From NCBI GenBank assembly GCA_963695225.1, contig OY968762.1:192001-256000 (forward strand): a stretch of DNA of 64,000 nucleotides. The letters run 5' to 3'. Below are positions 9,417 to 19,125 of this stretch, piece after piece. Made by a program: the position numbers and the translations under genes. Positions within the stretch are counted from its first letter, which is position 1. Each line of letters starts with the position of its first letter. Source of the DNA: Vulcanimicrobiota bacterium. GTDB lineage: Bacteria; Vulcanimicrobiota; Vulcanimicrobiia; Vulcanimicrobiales; Vulcanimicrobiaceae. The notes under the pieces are model-generated. The model made no database searches, had not been told where the DNA came from, and worked only from the letters and a program-made list of their open reading frames with translations.

Positions 9417-10697
9417 TTAGGCCTGGCCGATGTAATCGATCTCGACGCGGTTTCGGCCGGCGTTCTTGGCTCGATACAATGCCGCGTCTGCGCGAGCGAC
9501 GATCTGATCGGGAGTTTCGCCTGTCCTGAAGCTCGCGATCCCAAGGCTGATCGTTATCTGTGTAGGACCGTTGGGGATCTTGATGTCGGCGACCTCTTTG
9601 CGCACTCGCTGGGCGACGGGAGCGGCTTCTTTGGCGGTCGTCCCCGGCAAGACCAGCACGAACTCTTCGCCTCCGTATCGCGCCGCCAGATCGTACGCAC
9701 GCAAATTGCTTCCGAAGACCGCAGCGGCGCCGGCGAGGACTTGGTCGCCGATAACGTGGCCGAACCGATCGTTGATCGCCTTGAAGTGATCGAGGTCCGC
9801 CATGATCACGGCTAATGGCTTCCCCTGCCGTTCGGCACGAGCGATCTCGCGCGGCAACGTCTCATCGAGCGTCCGGCGATTCGCGAGGCCGGTCAGCGCA
9901 TCGGTTCTAGCAAGCCGCGCGATCGTGTCGTTTGCCTCTTTGAGCTCTCGGTTCTTCCTCGCGCTCTCGCGCATCATCACGGTCAGCTCGTTCGTCAGCT
10001 TGAGGACATCCGTGTGAACGTGCGAATCGTGCCGCGTCTCTTCGGTCGCCAACAGCAAGAGCCCGCCGCTGCACGGGACCAGCCAAGCGACGAGCGTAAT
10101 CGGACTCTGCATCCCGTCGGTTCGATTCAGCAACAGGGAGCCCGCGTTTTGATCGTGCGAAGCCGACATCCGCCGGCGCAAGTGCTCCGCGTCCGAATGC
10201 ACCAGATAGTCCCACACGATCGTGCCGAAGTTTTTCGATGGATCCGCAGGAAAGATACGATGCGCCGCTTGATTGCGGACGCGGATCGAGCCGTCCGGAG
10301 CCAACAGCAGCGCGCAAACGTCGTTCGAATCGAGCAGCCACCGCGAGAGCGAGACCGTCTGCCCCTCGAGCGCATCGCTGAGATGTTGGATGCCGCCAGG
10401 ATCCTCGACGCTCTTTCCGATCGTGAGGGACGTAAACGCGGCATCGAGTTTCAGTCCATGCGGCATCAGGGCGTGCGACTGATGATGCGCCTCGCTGCGG
10501 TGCCAAGTTCGGAACGATTCCTCATCCGCCCAGCGCGTGAGCAGCAGAAACACGGCAGGGTCCGACGCGTCCTGGATGACGTCGAGGCCGCAGAAGCCTG
10601 CCGCGCCCTCGACCAAGCGCGGTCGGTTCACGAAGGCCGAGCGGACCTCGCCTTCCATCCCGTTGCGGACCCGGAACCGGGATATCGCCGTCAGCAT
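9417..10697 (-). CDS. ABM (IsdG/MhuD-like)-PAS-like-GGDEF diguanylate cyclase
   Basis: N-terminal ABM signature (W..EESF..W..S....H); DALTGLANRR, DLDHFK.IND..GH..GD, RxxD I-site (RAYD), RYGGEEF. Confidence 0.9.
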   Translation of the reverse strand: MLTAISRFRVRNGMEGEVRSAFVNRPRLVEGAAGFCGLDVIQDASDPAVFLLLTRWADEESFRTWHRSEAHHQSHALMPHGLKLDAAFTSLTIGKSVEDPGGIQHLSDALEGQTVSLSRWLLDSNDVCALLLAPDGSIRVRNQAAHRIFPADPSKNFGTIVWDYLVHSDAEHLRRRMSASHDQNAGSLLLNRTDGMQSPITLVAWLVPCSGGLLLLATEETRHDSHVHTDVLKLTNELTVMMRESARKNRELKEANDTIARLARTDALTGLANRRTLDETLPREIARAERQGKPLAVIMADLDHFKAINDRFGHVIGDQVLAGAAAVFGSNLRAYDLAARYGGEEFVLVLPGTTAKEAAPVAQRVRKEVADIKIPNGPTQITISLGIASFRTGETPDQIVARADAALYRAKNAGRNRVEIDYIGQA

Positions 10698-10921
10698 GCT
10701 ACGCAGTTTACCTCACGATCCGTCCTTGGCTTTCGGTCCTGGGCGCCAAACTCTTATAGAGGAGTATTCGTCGCAATTCGTGTTCGGCTATACGATGCCG
10801 TCGCTGCGCTCGCCGAAGAGCCGGCGCCGAAATGAGCAGGCGGTTGAAGACGTTGTGAGTGGAACCTATTGAACCGGACTAGATGCCCGGCGCTTGGAAA
10901 GCTGTCGGGGCTCCGCGGTAC

Positions 10922-11656
10922 TCAGCCGACGTGTTGTGCCGTCATCTCGCGCCAGTAGCGCGGAGCGTGGGCGGCGTGTCCTCCCCAGATCTGGAAGGTG
11001 TGCCAGACGCCCTTGCGCCAGAGCGCTTCGCTCAAGCGGCGGTTGCTCTCGAGGAAGTAATCGTGCTCGCCGACGACCAGACGAATGTCCATGGCGCGCA
11101 GGTGCTGCAAGATGCCTTCGTCTTTCAGATTCGGGACGAAGTGGGCGGGCGTGTTGAGATAGACGTCGTTATCGTAGTGGCCGCTGAAGAGGTCCGGATA
11201 CCACGCATAGGCGTGCGTGAGGTCGTAACGCCCGCTGAGCGCGACGGTCTTGCGGAAGAGCCAAGGATGCCGGAACGACATGTTGACGGCATGATAAGCG
11301 CCGATGCTGCAGCCGTGTGCCACCAGCGGTGCGTGCGGGTTGAGCATGCGCGAGAGCGGCAGCACCTCGCATAAGATGTACTCTTCGTACGAGCGGAGGC
11401 GCGCGATTCGTTCCCGCGGCGGAATACCCCAATTGTAGATGCTGTGCGAGTCGAAACTGTCGATGCAAAAGAGCTGGATGCGCCCGGCTTCAACCTTATC
11501 GCGAACGGCCTCGACGAGCCCCCAGTTCTCGTAGTCGTAGAAGCGTCCCTGACGCGTTGGGAACACCAAGACGCGGTCGCCCGCGTGCCCGAAGACAAGC
11601 AGTTCCATGTCGCGTCCGACGCGATGGCTGTACCATCGATGGTACTCGCGCCGCAT
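10922..11656 (-). CDS. Putative esterase (alpha/beta hydrolase)
   Basis: FGHAG..VLVFPT, GCSIG nucleophile elbow, terminal H...W. Confidence 0.85.
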   Translation of the reverse strand: MRREYHRWYSHRVGRDMELLVFGHAGDRVLVFPTRQGRFYDYENWGLVEAVRDKVEAGRIQLFCIDSFDSHSIYNWGIPPRERIARLRSYEEYILCEVLPLSRMLNPHAPLVAHGCSIGAYHAVNMSFRHPWLFRKTVALSGRYDLTHAYAWYPDLFSGHYDNDVYLNTPAHFVPNLKDEGILQHLRAMDIRLVVGEHDYFLESNRRLSEALWRKGVWHTFQIWGGHAAHAPRYWREMTAQHVG

Positions 11657-11657
11657 C

Positions 11658-12269
11658 TCAATCCGCCGCCGTCACGGGTGCGCAGAAGCGGTGATGAAAC
11701 TGCGTCAAGATCCGGGTCCAGAGGTCGTAGCCCGCCCGGTTGAGGTGCAGCCCGTCGTCGGAGAACAGCTCGGGACGCGGTGCGCCGCCACGGAGCATGG
11801 GCGTGAACACGTCAACGTAGTAGCCGTCCGGCCGGCGCTCGATCAGCTCGCGAATCCGTGCGTTGACCGTTTGAATATCGCGGAGGATCGCGGCGCGTGC
11901 CGGGCTCGGCTTGATCGAGATGAATCCGAAGGGGATCGCGCCGCACCGTCGATCGACTTGCTCGGCGATGCCGTAGAACGATGCGACGACGTCGTCGGGG
12001 CTCTGCCCGTCGCCCAGATCGTTGTCGCCCGCGTAGACGACGAGCGCCGATGGGCGCAGCGGCGGAACGATGCGCTCGAAGAAGTGGCTGCACGCGGCGA
12101 GCGTGGACCCGCCGAAGCCGGCGTTCACGGCGCGCTCGCACGCGAGATCCGCCGCGAGCGAATCCCAGAGCGTGATGGACGAGCTTCCGTAGAAGACGGC
12201 AGGTGCGGCGATCGGCACCGCCGCGAGGCGGTTCACCAGCTGTGCCACTTCGGCTTCGTACCAGTCCAT
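11658..12269 (-). CDS. GDSL/SGNH lipase-esterase
   Basis: FYGSSS, GFGGS, YAGDND, DGLH blocks. Confidence 0.9.
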   Translation of the reverse strand: MDWYEAEVAQLVNRLAAVPIAAPAVFYGSSSITLWDSLAADLACERAVNAGFGGSTLAACSHFFERIVPPLRPSALVVYAGDNDLGDGQSPDDVVASFYGIAEQVDRRCGAIPFGFISIKPSPARAAILRDIQTVNARIRELIERRPDGYYVDVFTPMLRGGAPRPELFSDDGLHLNRAGYDLWTRILTQFHHRFCAPVTAAD

Positions 12270-12581
12270 AGGCCGGCTTAACTTAGTCGAGCGCTCAAAC
12301 CGCAAGGTTTCATGGGTTTATGACCGACACGCCGCAACCTTCGAAACCCGGCACATTGCGACGCTCCATTCGGCATTGATGCAACATATAGCAATGATAG
12401 CATTCGACTGGCGATCATGTCGTCAACTCGCGTTGTAGGTCGTGGCAGTGTGTTAATCAGCTGGCTTTCGTCTGCTGGAGGGGCCGCCATTCGCTCCGGG
12501 TTCGCCCGTCGAACTACAGGCTGGCGGGGCGTTCGACGACGAGGATATGGGCGTCAATATGCGGCTCCGCGAGATGCGGAG

Positions 12582-13280
12582 CTACTTGATGTAGTCGAGC
12601 ATCTCGCGCGCGTCTTTCGCGTGTGGTCCGTTGGGAGCTAGGTCGAGGTACTTCTGCAGTGCCTCAGCGGTCCCGGGGGGCGGGATCGTCTTGCCGTCCG
12701 TCACGGTCGATTGTGCGAAGAGCAATGACCCCTTTATGAAGTATGCATTGGCACGTTCCGGATCGGCCGCGATCGACGCATTGCAAGCCGCGAGGGTACC
12801 GTCCATTCGACCGATGTTGTAGAGGACCGCGCAGACGCTGAAGTACGCGAGTCCGGGATTGGTCGCGAGCGGCGCAGCCTTCGTGTAGGCGGCGATCGCC
12901 TCGTCGGTTCGCTTCAGGCGCAAGTCCGCATTGCCCATTTGCATCAGGAGTGCGCTGAGCGCCGCCTTCGTTGGGGCCGGAGAAACGGCTGGCAATTGCG
13001 CAGCATCCCACGCCCGGCCGTAGCTGTCGACCGCGTCCAGATATTCCGCGTTGCCCAACTGTGCATCGCCGAGGAGTTTGAGATAGTCCCACCGGACCGA
13101 ATGGCTGACCAGCTTCTTTGCAGCAACTTCGGCGTCGACCCAGTTCTTGGCGGCGATGGCCGCCTGCGCACTCGTGAGGAGGGTCTGCTCGCCGTCCATC
13201 GTCTGCGCAACGGCGGGCCCGTGCGCCAGTAGCGCGACGAACGCCAGTATACCGGCCACCAGCAGCGCAAGGAACCGCAT
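12582..13280 (-). CDS. Secreted tetratricopeptide-repeat protein
   Basis: Signal peptide MRFLALLVAGILAF; TPR-like helices; KYLDLAPNGPHA..A ending. Confidence 0.8.
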   Translation of the reverse strand: MRFLALLVAGILAFVALLAHGPAVAQTMDGEQTLLTSAQAAIAAKNWVDAEVAAKKLVSHSVRWDYLKLLGDAQLGNAEYLDAVDSYGRAWDAAQLPAVSPAPTKAALSALLMQMGNADLRLKRTDEAIAAYTKAAPLATNPGLAYFSVCAVLYNIGRMDGTLAACNASIAADPERANAYFIKGSLLFAQSTVTDGKTIPPPGTAEALQKYLDLAPNGPHAKDAREMLDYIK

Positions 13281-13510
13281 AATGGGGCCGCTTCGCCGAC
13301 GGCGGCCAGGTTCCGGCCTCGCGCGTGACGCATGCGTTATCGCTGAGCCACTCAGATGATTTGAGCCCCGCAACCGGGCGCCACGGCAGGCGAGGGGGCT
13401 CTGCCGCCGCATTCCGATCGAGTTCGGCGGCTCGTAGCGGAGCCTTCTCGTTCCGATAGGCAGCGAGGTCGCCCGGAGAACCACACGTGCAACTGGCCGA
13501 CTATCCTGGG

Positions 13511-14104
13511 CTACGTCGGCACGATCAGCGATGCGAGGTCGTCGACATCGACGACGTCGGCCTGACGCGATATGATGCGGTCGACCAAGAATGCATGAAC
13601 GTCGGCTTCCGGGTCGGCACACGCGTCGCGCAGGACGATCAATCGATAGTCGCGGTCGGCGGCCTCGCGCACGATCGAGAGCACCACGCCGCTCGTGCTG
13701 ATCCCCGCGAGGACGAGCGTCGTGACGCCGGCCGCACGGAGTTGGGCGTCGAGGTCGGTCGTCGAGAACGGGCCGACGCGCGTCTTCCGCACGACAATAT
13801 CCTCCGGCGACGGCGCGAGACGCGGGTCGATGGCGGTCGCCGGGGAATCGGCACGTGCCATGTCCCCCATCGCGGCAACGCGGGCAGCCATCTTGTTTCG
13901 CAGCGGAAGAGCCCGCACGTCGTCCGCGGTGAATGCGACGCGCACGTAGCCGATGCGGCAACCCGCAGCGCGGAGCGCTGCGGCCGCCGTTGCAGCGCGC
14001 GCGACGAGCGCATCGCTGTCGGGAAGCATGCCGATTATGCCGACCTGGTAATCGAGCAGCAGCAACGCGGTTTCGCTCGGGATTATAGGGGCTATGTTGG
14101 TCAT
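13511..14104 (-). CDS. Isochorismatase-like cysteine hydrolase
   Basis: TALLLLDYQ, VVRKTRVGPF, LAGISTSGVV, DACAD. Confidence 0.88.
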   Translation of the reverse strand: MTNIAPIIPSETALLLLDYQVGIIGMLPDSDALVARAATAAAALRAAGCRIGYVRVAFTADDVRALPLRNKMAARVAAMGDMARADSPATAIDPRLAPSPEDIVVRKTRVGPFSTTDLDAQLRAAGVTTLVLAGISTSGVVLSIVREAADRDYRLIVLRDACADPEADVHAFLVDRIISRQADVVDVDDLASLIVPT

Positions 14105-14297
14105 AGGCGGTCCTTTCATCCGACCTTACGGAAAAAGGAGACGATCGCGGCGATTATGGAGAGGCCGGCGGCCTTCGAGAGCAGCCAGACCACGGCGCCG
14201 TTCAGACTTGGGACAGCGAACGGCTTGCGCCTTCAGCCGGAGCTGACGCTTTCCCGATTATGCAGCCGACGGAACATGGAGATTTTCTTCGGGGAAG

Positions 14298-16640
14298 TCA
14301 TCGTCGCGCTGCCGGAGTCGCGCGCGAACGAAGAGCCGGTGTCGTCTCGTTGGGCGGCGTCGACGGAGTGCCGATGGTCCCAGTGACTAGCGCACTCGCG
14401 TTCCACTCGGCAATGCCCCCGAAGAGACGCAAGAACGAGGTCTGCGGCGAGGAGACGGTCACCGCATACGTCGCCGGATTCATCGTGAACGAGACGATTG
14501 CCGGATCGATCGTCTCCGCAGCGCCGGACGAAACGCCGAAGCCTCCGAAAGGCGAGAACGTGTCGAACGGGGCATGGACGTTCTCGCCGCAAACGCCCTC
14601 GGGGTTCGACGCCGGCGGATTCCCGGTACACGATGCGACGTCGTTCGGGGAGAACTGCACGGCCGGGCAGAACACATTGCCGGCATCGCCTTCGGGGCCG
14701 GCGGTTCCATTGTTGCATGGCGACGGTTGACCGTTCTGCGCCCCGAAGAAGAACGTATCCTGCGCGGGCGGCAGTGGTCCGGGCGACATCGCGTCCGTCG
14801 CGTTGAGCGTGAACGTCGCGGTCGCCGGAGGAGGCGTCGAACCCGTGAAATGGCCGCTTAACGCCGTGACCGTGGCCGTCGAGTTTCCTTGGACTTGTGG
14901 GAAATACAGGTTTTGCGGGACGGGGGACGCGTCGATCGACGGCACCGTCGGATGAACGTCGGAGCGGAACGTTACGTTGAAAGCGGTCGTGTAACTCGCG
15001 GTCCCGTTGCCCTGGTACCCACCGAGAATCGTAAACGTATCATCCTCGACGTAACTGAGGGAGCCGCTCCACTGCGTAAGGGGTACTTGATTGCTCGCCA
15101 ACCCGTCCGCGTCGACGACCTGCACGAGTCCGCTCGAGCCGTTGCCGGAGGCCGGCAGCGAAACCGTGACGCGCGATGTGCTCCACGATATCGGCTCGAG
15201 CGTGTACGTGCCGCTGGAGTCGGTGATCGTGACGGTTCCGGCCGTCAACGGGAATCGTCCGTAGATGGCGAGCGTGCCGCCCGCGGTCGTCTCGCTCGTC
15301 ATCGCCATCGTCGCGATGGAGGGGAAGGCGTATTCGACCGGCGGATTCGCGACGTTCTCCCCGCCGAGGTCGGTGACGACCAACTGAGACTGCGTGTGCA
15401 AATCGTTCGATTGAGCGTACGTCTCAGGTACACCACCCGCGCCAGTCCCGAGCGGTCCCGAACGGACTTCATTCGCGAGTGCCGTTTCCACGTCATCGAG
15501 GGGAAACGGGCGCTGCGGCGGCGTGTGCTGGGTCGCATAGCGATTCAAGCCCGTCGATCCGGATGTCGCCTCCCCAATGAGCCGATCGTACAGGAACGTG
15601 TCCGTTTGATCCGCGTCGACGCTGCCGACGCTTTTCGTCCAACCGAGATACCGTCCCACGCCTGCCGCTCCGAGCGTCGAGGTAACGGAGGCGCTGATCC
15701 TCGGACTCTGGCCCCAGCACGACTCGTTGTCAACGATCGCGCCCGGGTTAAACTGGGCGTGATATGCCACGAAGGCCGCCGTGAAAGCCCATGTCCCCGC
15801 ACACGACCCCGAGTCGGAGAGCGACTTCGAATAGAAGATCCGGCCGGCAGCATTGTCCGCCGCATATTCTGCTTTCGTCGCATCCGTGATGCACGTGGTG
15901 GAATCCATCACGTACGTCGGGGAGACGGCAGCGGAGAATCGCCTGGCCGAAGAAGGCGAAGACGTTGGCGGAGTCTGATTGCCCGTCACCATGCCATGCG
16001 TCGCGAATGCGAGCAGGTCGATGTCGGTGAGCGCGGCGACGTTGTCGAGCGTGATCGGAAGAACGCTGACGCCGTAGTCGGACGAGGCGTTGAGCCCGAC
16101 GGTGAATGCGTTTCCGAGCGCGTTCTGAATCGTCGGGTCGAACGTGAGCCTGTCCAGATCGTTGTATAAGAACGCGATCTGGTGCGTTGCGGCTCTCCCG
16201 CCGATCGCCGGGCGGACGCGCGACGCCACGCTCGATGCCACGCTCGGCGCGACGCTCGGCGCGACGCGCGCCGAAGCTGCCGTGCCGACGGCGTAGCCGA
16301 GACTTTCCGGATGATCGGCGAACACCAGGGCCGTCGATCCGTCCGGCAACGTCGCCGTGATGCCGCCGTCCGAAACGACGGCCGTCGAGAATGCACCCGA
16401 TGCGACCATCTGCGAGGCGAGCGCCGCCAGGTCCGCATTGAGATCTTGGTGCGGAAGCGTTGAGAAATACGTCTGGGCGCCCTGCAAGGCACTCGTGACG
16501 GAGGTGACAGGGAGCGGGGTCCCCGTCGGCCCCGGCGTCGGCGTCGCCTTGGCTACCGGTGTAGTGGAACCACCGCCGCCGCCGCAGGCGGCCAGGGCGA
16601 CAAAACATACCAATGCGACGACGCTTAAAGGGCGCATCAT
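14298..16640 (-). CDS. Large lipoprotein with possible clan-CD peptidase-like domain and IPT/TIG domain
   Basis: Lipobox ALAAC-GGGG; ATHG and NESC motifs; IPT-like PSI...GGTLAIYG...SWSTSRVTVSLP...SN. Confidence 0.75.
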   Translation of the reverse strand: MMRPLSVVALVCFVALAACGGGGGSTTPVAKATPTPGPTGTPLPVTSVTSALQGAQTYFSTLPHQDLNADLAALASQMVASGAFSTAVVSDGGITATLPDGSTALVFADHPESLGYAVGTAASARVAPSVAPSVASSVASRVRPAIGGRAATHQIAFLYNDLDRLTFDPTIQNALGNAFTVGLNASSDYGVSVLPITLDNVAALTDIDLLAFATHGMVTGNQTPPTSSPSSARRFSAAVSPTYVMDSTTCITDATKAEYAADNAAGRIFYSKSLSDSGSCAGTWAFTAAFVAYHAQFNPGAIVDNESCWGQSPRISASVTSTLGAAGVGRYLGWTKSVGSVDADQTDTFLYDRLIGEATSGSTGLNRYATQHTPPQRPFPLDDVETALANEVRSGPLGTGAGGVPETYAQSNDLHTQSQLVVTDLGGENVANPPVEYAFPSIATMAMTSETTAGGTLAIYGRFPLTAGTVTITDSSGTYTLEPISWSTSRVTVSLPASGNGSSGLVQVVDADGLASNQVPLTQWSGSLSYVEDDTFTILGGYQGNGTASYTTAFNVTFRSDVHPTVPSIDASPVPQNLYFPQVQGNSTATVTALSGHFTGSTPPPATATFTLNATDAMSPGPLPPAQDTFFFGAQNGQPSPCNNGTAGPEGDAGNVFCPAVQFSPNDVASCTGNPPASNPEGVCGENVHAPFDTFSPFGGFGVSSGAAETIDPAIVSFTMNPATYAVTVSSPQTSFLRLFGGIAEWNASALVTGTIGTPSTPPNETTPALRSRATPAARR

Positions 16641-16724
16641 GAACTCCAGGTCCTATGCCTACAGTTCAATGTAACGCAAGCGGGCGTGACTGCATATGGG
16701 CCGAAAGGGTCGCGCCGGTCGATG

Positions 16725-16978
16725 GGCTCGTCGCCCCCGACGGCGTCATAGTGAATGCCATCGCCCCCGGTAAATTTCTTACCGATAGCCTGCTCCAGCT
16801 CTATGGCGGCGACGAGGGCGCCCTGCGCGCCGCGGTCGCAACGGAGACCGCCATGAAACGCGTCGGCATGCCCGACGAGTTCTCGCCGATGGTCGCCTTC
16901 CTGTGCGGCGAGGGGGCGCGCTATGTGACGGGGCAGACCATCGCCGTCGACGGCGGCTCTGTGAAGAGTCTGCTCTGA
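16725..16978 (+). pseudogene. SDR oxidoreductase C-terminal fragment
   Basis: [13 protein letters not shown]...RVGMPDE...[12 protein letters not shown], lacking the Rossmann N-terminus and YxxxK. Confidence 0.8.
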
Positions 16979-17135
16979 GCGCTTCCAAGGGAGCCGTGCG
17001 GATGCTTCATGCTTCGGCGGACGATGGACTCGATAACGCTGGCCTGCACACGGCGCCTGAGCACTTACGTACGAGCACCAGTGACAACGAGGGTGTCCAA
17101 AAATGGTCTCGCTTGCTTGATGGCGTTGGCAGCGG

Positions 17136-17633
17136 TTAAGGGGTCATGCAGCGGCTATCGTTAATAATGAACATTCTATCTTTGCCGGGGAGTCCGACTC
17201 CCACCACGACCATCGTTATCGGATCGATCTCTTGCGGATGCGCCTTGGCGTAAATCGCCTTCCAGGTTGAGCGCAGGTAATCGGACTTTCCGCCGACGAG
17301 TTGGTAGGACCGATTCTGTTTGAAATCGAGGAACCGCGGGTCGGTGATCTTCAAAGTTCGGCCTTCAACTCCCGAGATCGTGATGCCGTCGAGCCCATGC
17401 CCGATCAGCTCGGATTGAGCCGCAGCGAGTTCAGACGACTCAATCACCTTCGACGAATGGACCGGCGGTGAGAAGCAAGCGCTTTGGCGATACGCATCAT
17501 CATCGGCGAGGGCCGAGTGAGCCGATAGCGCGACAAGGGCGACAAACGCGAAACTGACGCCACAGAGACGCCGAATCCGCAGAGAAACGAAGCGCTGCAT
17601 AAGACCCTCGGGAAAGAGGTGCGATTTGCTCAC
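17136..17633 (-). CDS. Hypothetical exported protein
   Basis: 165-aa ORF with hydrophobic signal ending ALA-D. Confidence 0.55.
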   Translation of the reverse strand: MSKSHLFPEGLMQRFVSLRIRRLCGVSFAFVALVALSAHSALADDDAYRQSACFSPPVHSSKVIESSELAAAQSELIGHGLDGITISGVEGRTLKITDPRFLDFKQNRSYQLVGGKSDYLRSTWKAIYAKAHPQEIDPITMVVVGVGLPGKDRMFIINDSRCMTP

Positions 17634-17675
17634 CGCCAGGGGCCCTCGAAACGGCCCGGCGGCGACGCTGGTGTT

Positions 17676-17815
17676 GGGGTCCCCTCGAGAAACTGAGATT
17701 ATTGTACGCTAAGGCCGCTTGCCCGCAAGAAGCTTGCGGCGGAGGGCCGGAAACCGCCTCAGGCGACGCTCTTGTCGCCGCTCCGGACGTGGTCGCCCGT
17801 AGGGTTGATGTGGTT
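17676..17815 (-). mobile_element. Tn3-family (Tn21-like) transposon end relic: 38-bp IR plus decayed tnpA 3' end
   Basis: GGGGTCCCCTCGAGAAACTGAGATTATTGTACGCTAAG (17676-17713); minus strand reads NHINPTGDHVRSGDKSVA*GGFRP, resembling the TnpA C-terminal HINLTGDYxW...FRP. Confidence 0.85.
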
Positions 17816-17930
17816 ACCTACGTGTCGTCCTTGACGCGATGATCTGGGCTCGCGGCCTGATCGCTCTCTATTCGGCCGCCGCATCAGCTACGATCGTCCA
17901 GGGGGGCGACCTCGTGCGAAGCGCTGCCTT

Positions 17931-18036
17931 TGCGGAGATTAGGCCCGGTATTCTCCGCGATCGCCAAGTGCTCGCCGGATACGGCACTGCGGATGCCGCC
18001 GGTGGCCGAAGCACGAACTATTCGCTGCCGGACGCG
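17931..18036 (+). pseudogene. Collapsed remnant of a second Fic locus
   Basis: Three joined segments similar to 661-688, 2800-2831 and 2872-2916. Confidence 0.85.
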
Positions 18037-18250
18037 CCTGCTTGGCCCCAAAAAGATTGGAGCATGTCGCATCAATGGTGACTCGTACAGCTTACGTCGC
18101 TGCTCCCATATTCGGTCAACCGGCAACCGGTCGCTCCACAGGATGGATCAGCGCTGACCAGAACAGCAGCAGCGACGGATCGGATTTTGCACGATGTCCG
18201 GCCTCGAAGGAACAGGGGCCGGCCGCTCCCCGAAAGGAAACCGAGGGCCA

Positions 18251-19060
18251 GTGAAGCGTTCTTCTCAGAACAGGCTGATCGTGTGCGCCGTGGCTTTGGC
18301 GCTCGGTACCGCGACGATCGCTCAGGCGGCTGCGAGCGACGCCGCGACACTCGCACTGAAGACCGTCACGACGGACGATAAGACCGCCTCGGTGGGAATC
18401 CCCGCCGGTTGGACCTTCGTCAAAGGTTCGAATGGCTTCATTTACGTCACTGGACCGCATGACGAACGAGTCAACCTTGGGACCCTCGTCATCGGGAAGA
18501 ACGCGAACGCGAGCGGGCCGCTTGGCGGCGAGGTCGCATTCGCACTCCCGTTCGGCGCGAGTTTGGCGCAGAAGTTCACGACGATCGTTCAAGCCGGCGC
18601 CACGAAACAAGGCATGCCCAAGCCCCAAATCACGATCGCATCAACGGTTCCGACGAAGCTCCCGATGTGCTCGCGCGTTCTGGGTGGCTGGACTGCCGGG
18701 GGAGACGCCCGCAAGTTCGAGGGAGTGATCTGTTCGTTTCAGCCGGACTACCTCGGCCTCTACAAGAACCTCGTCTTTCTCGCCCAAGTTCCGTCGGCTC
18801 TCGCGGCGCAAGATCGCCCGATCGTCGAGGAGATCGCTGCAAGCTACCGGGTAACGCCCGGCATGTTCCAAAAGATGCTCGCGCCGTATACCCCACTTCC
18901 GCCGCGCCCGGTAGGCGGAGGCGCAGGCGCAGGCGCAGCCGTGCCCGGCGTAGCTCCCTACCAAGATCCGACGAACTCCGACTGCTTCGATTACAACATC
19001 ATCCGTCAATCGCCGCCGTGGGAAGTGCCGATGCACTGCGGCGGCCACGCGCCCGGGTAG
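18251..19060 (+). CDS. Hypothetical secreted protein
   Basis: Signal peptide ending AQA-A; GAGG RBS; four Cys in the mature part. Confidence 0.7.
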   Translation: MKRSSQNRLIVCAVALALGTATIAQAAASDAATLALKTVTTDDKTASVGIPAGWTFVKGSNGFIYVTGPHDERVNLGTLVIGKNANASGPLGGEVAFALPFGASLAQKFTTIVQAGATKQGMPKPQITIASTVPTKLPMCSRVLGGWTAGGDARKFEGVICSFQPDYLGLYKNLVFLAQVPSALAAQDRPIVEEIAASYRVTPGMFQKMLAPYTPLPPRPVGGGAGAGAAVPGVAPYQDPTNSDCFDYNIIRQSPPWEVPMHCGGHAPG

Positions 19061-19125
19061 GCGGAATCTCAGCGGCCGGCCGACGTCGGCCGGTGGAAAC
19101 TAGTCATACGCGTTAGCGCGGCTCG

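Noticed and set aside
10740..10872. Possible transposase C-terminal fragment (IEEYSSQFVFGY)
   Set aside because: Similarity too vague; no IR found
510..13368. Shared CACTCA..GATGATTTGAGCCC motif at 510-532 and 13349-13368 as att sites
   Set aside because: Only 14 bp exact, no integrase, plausible by chance in 64 kb
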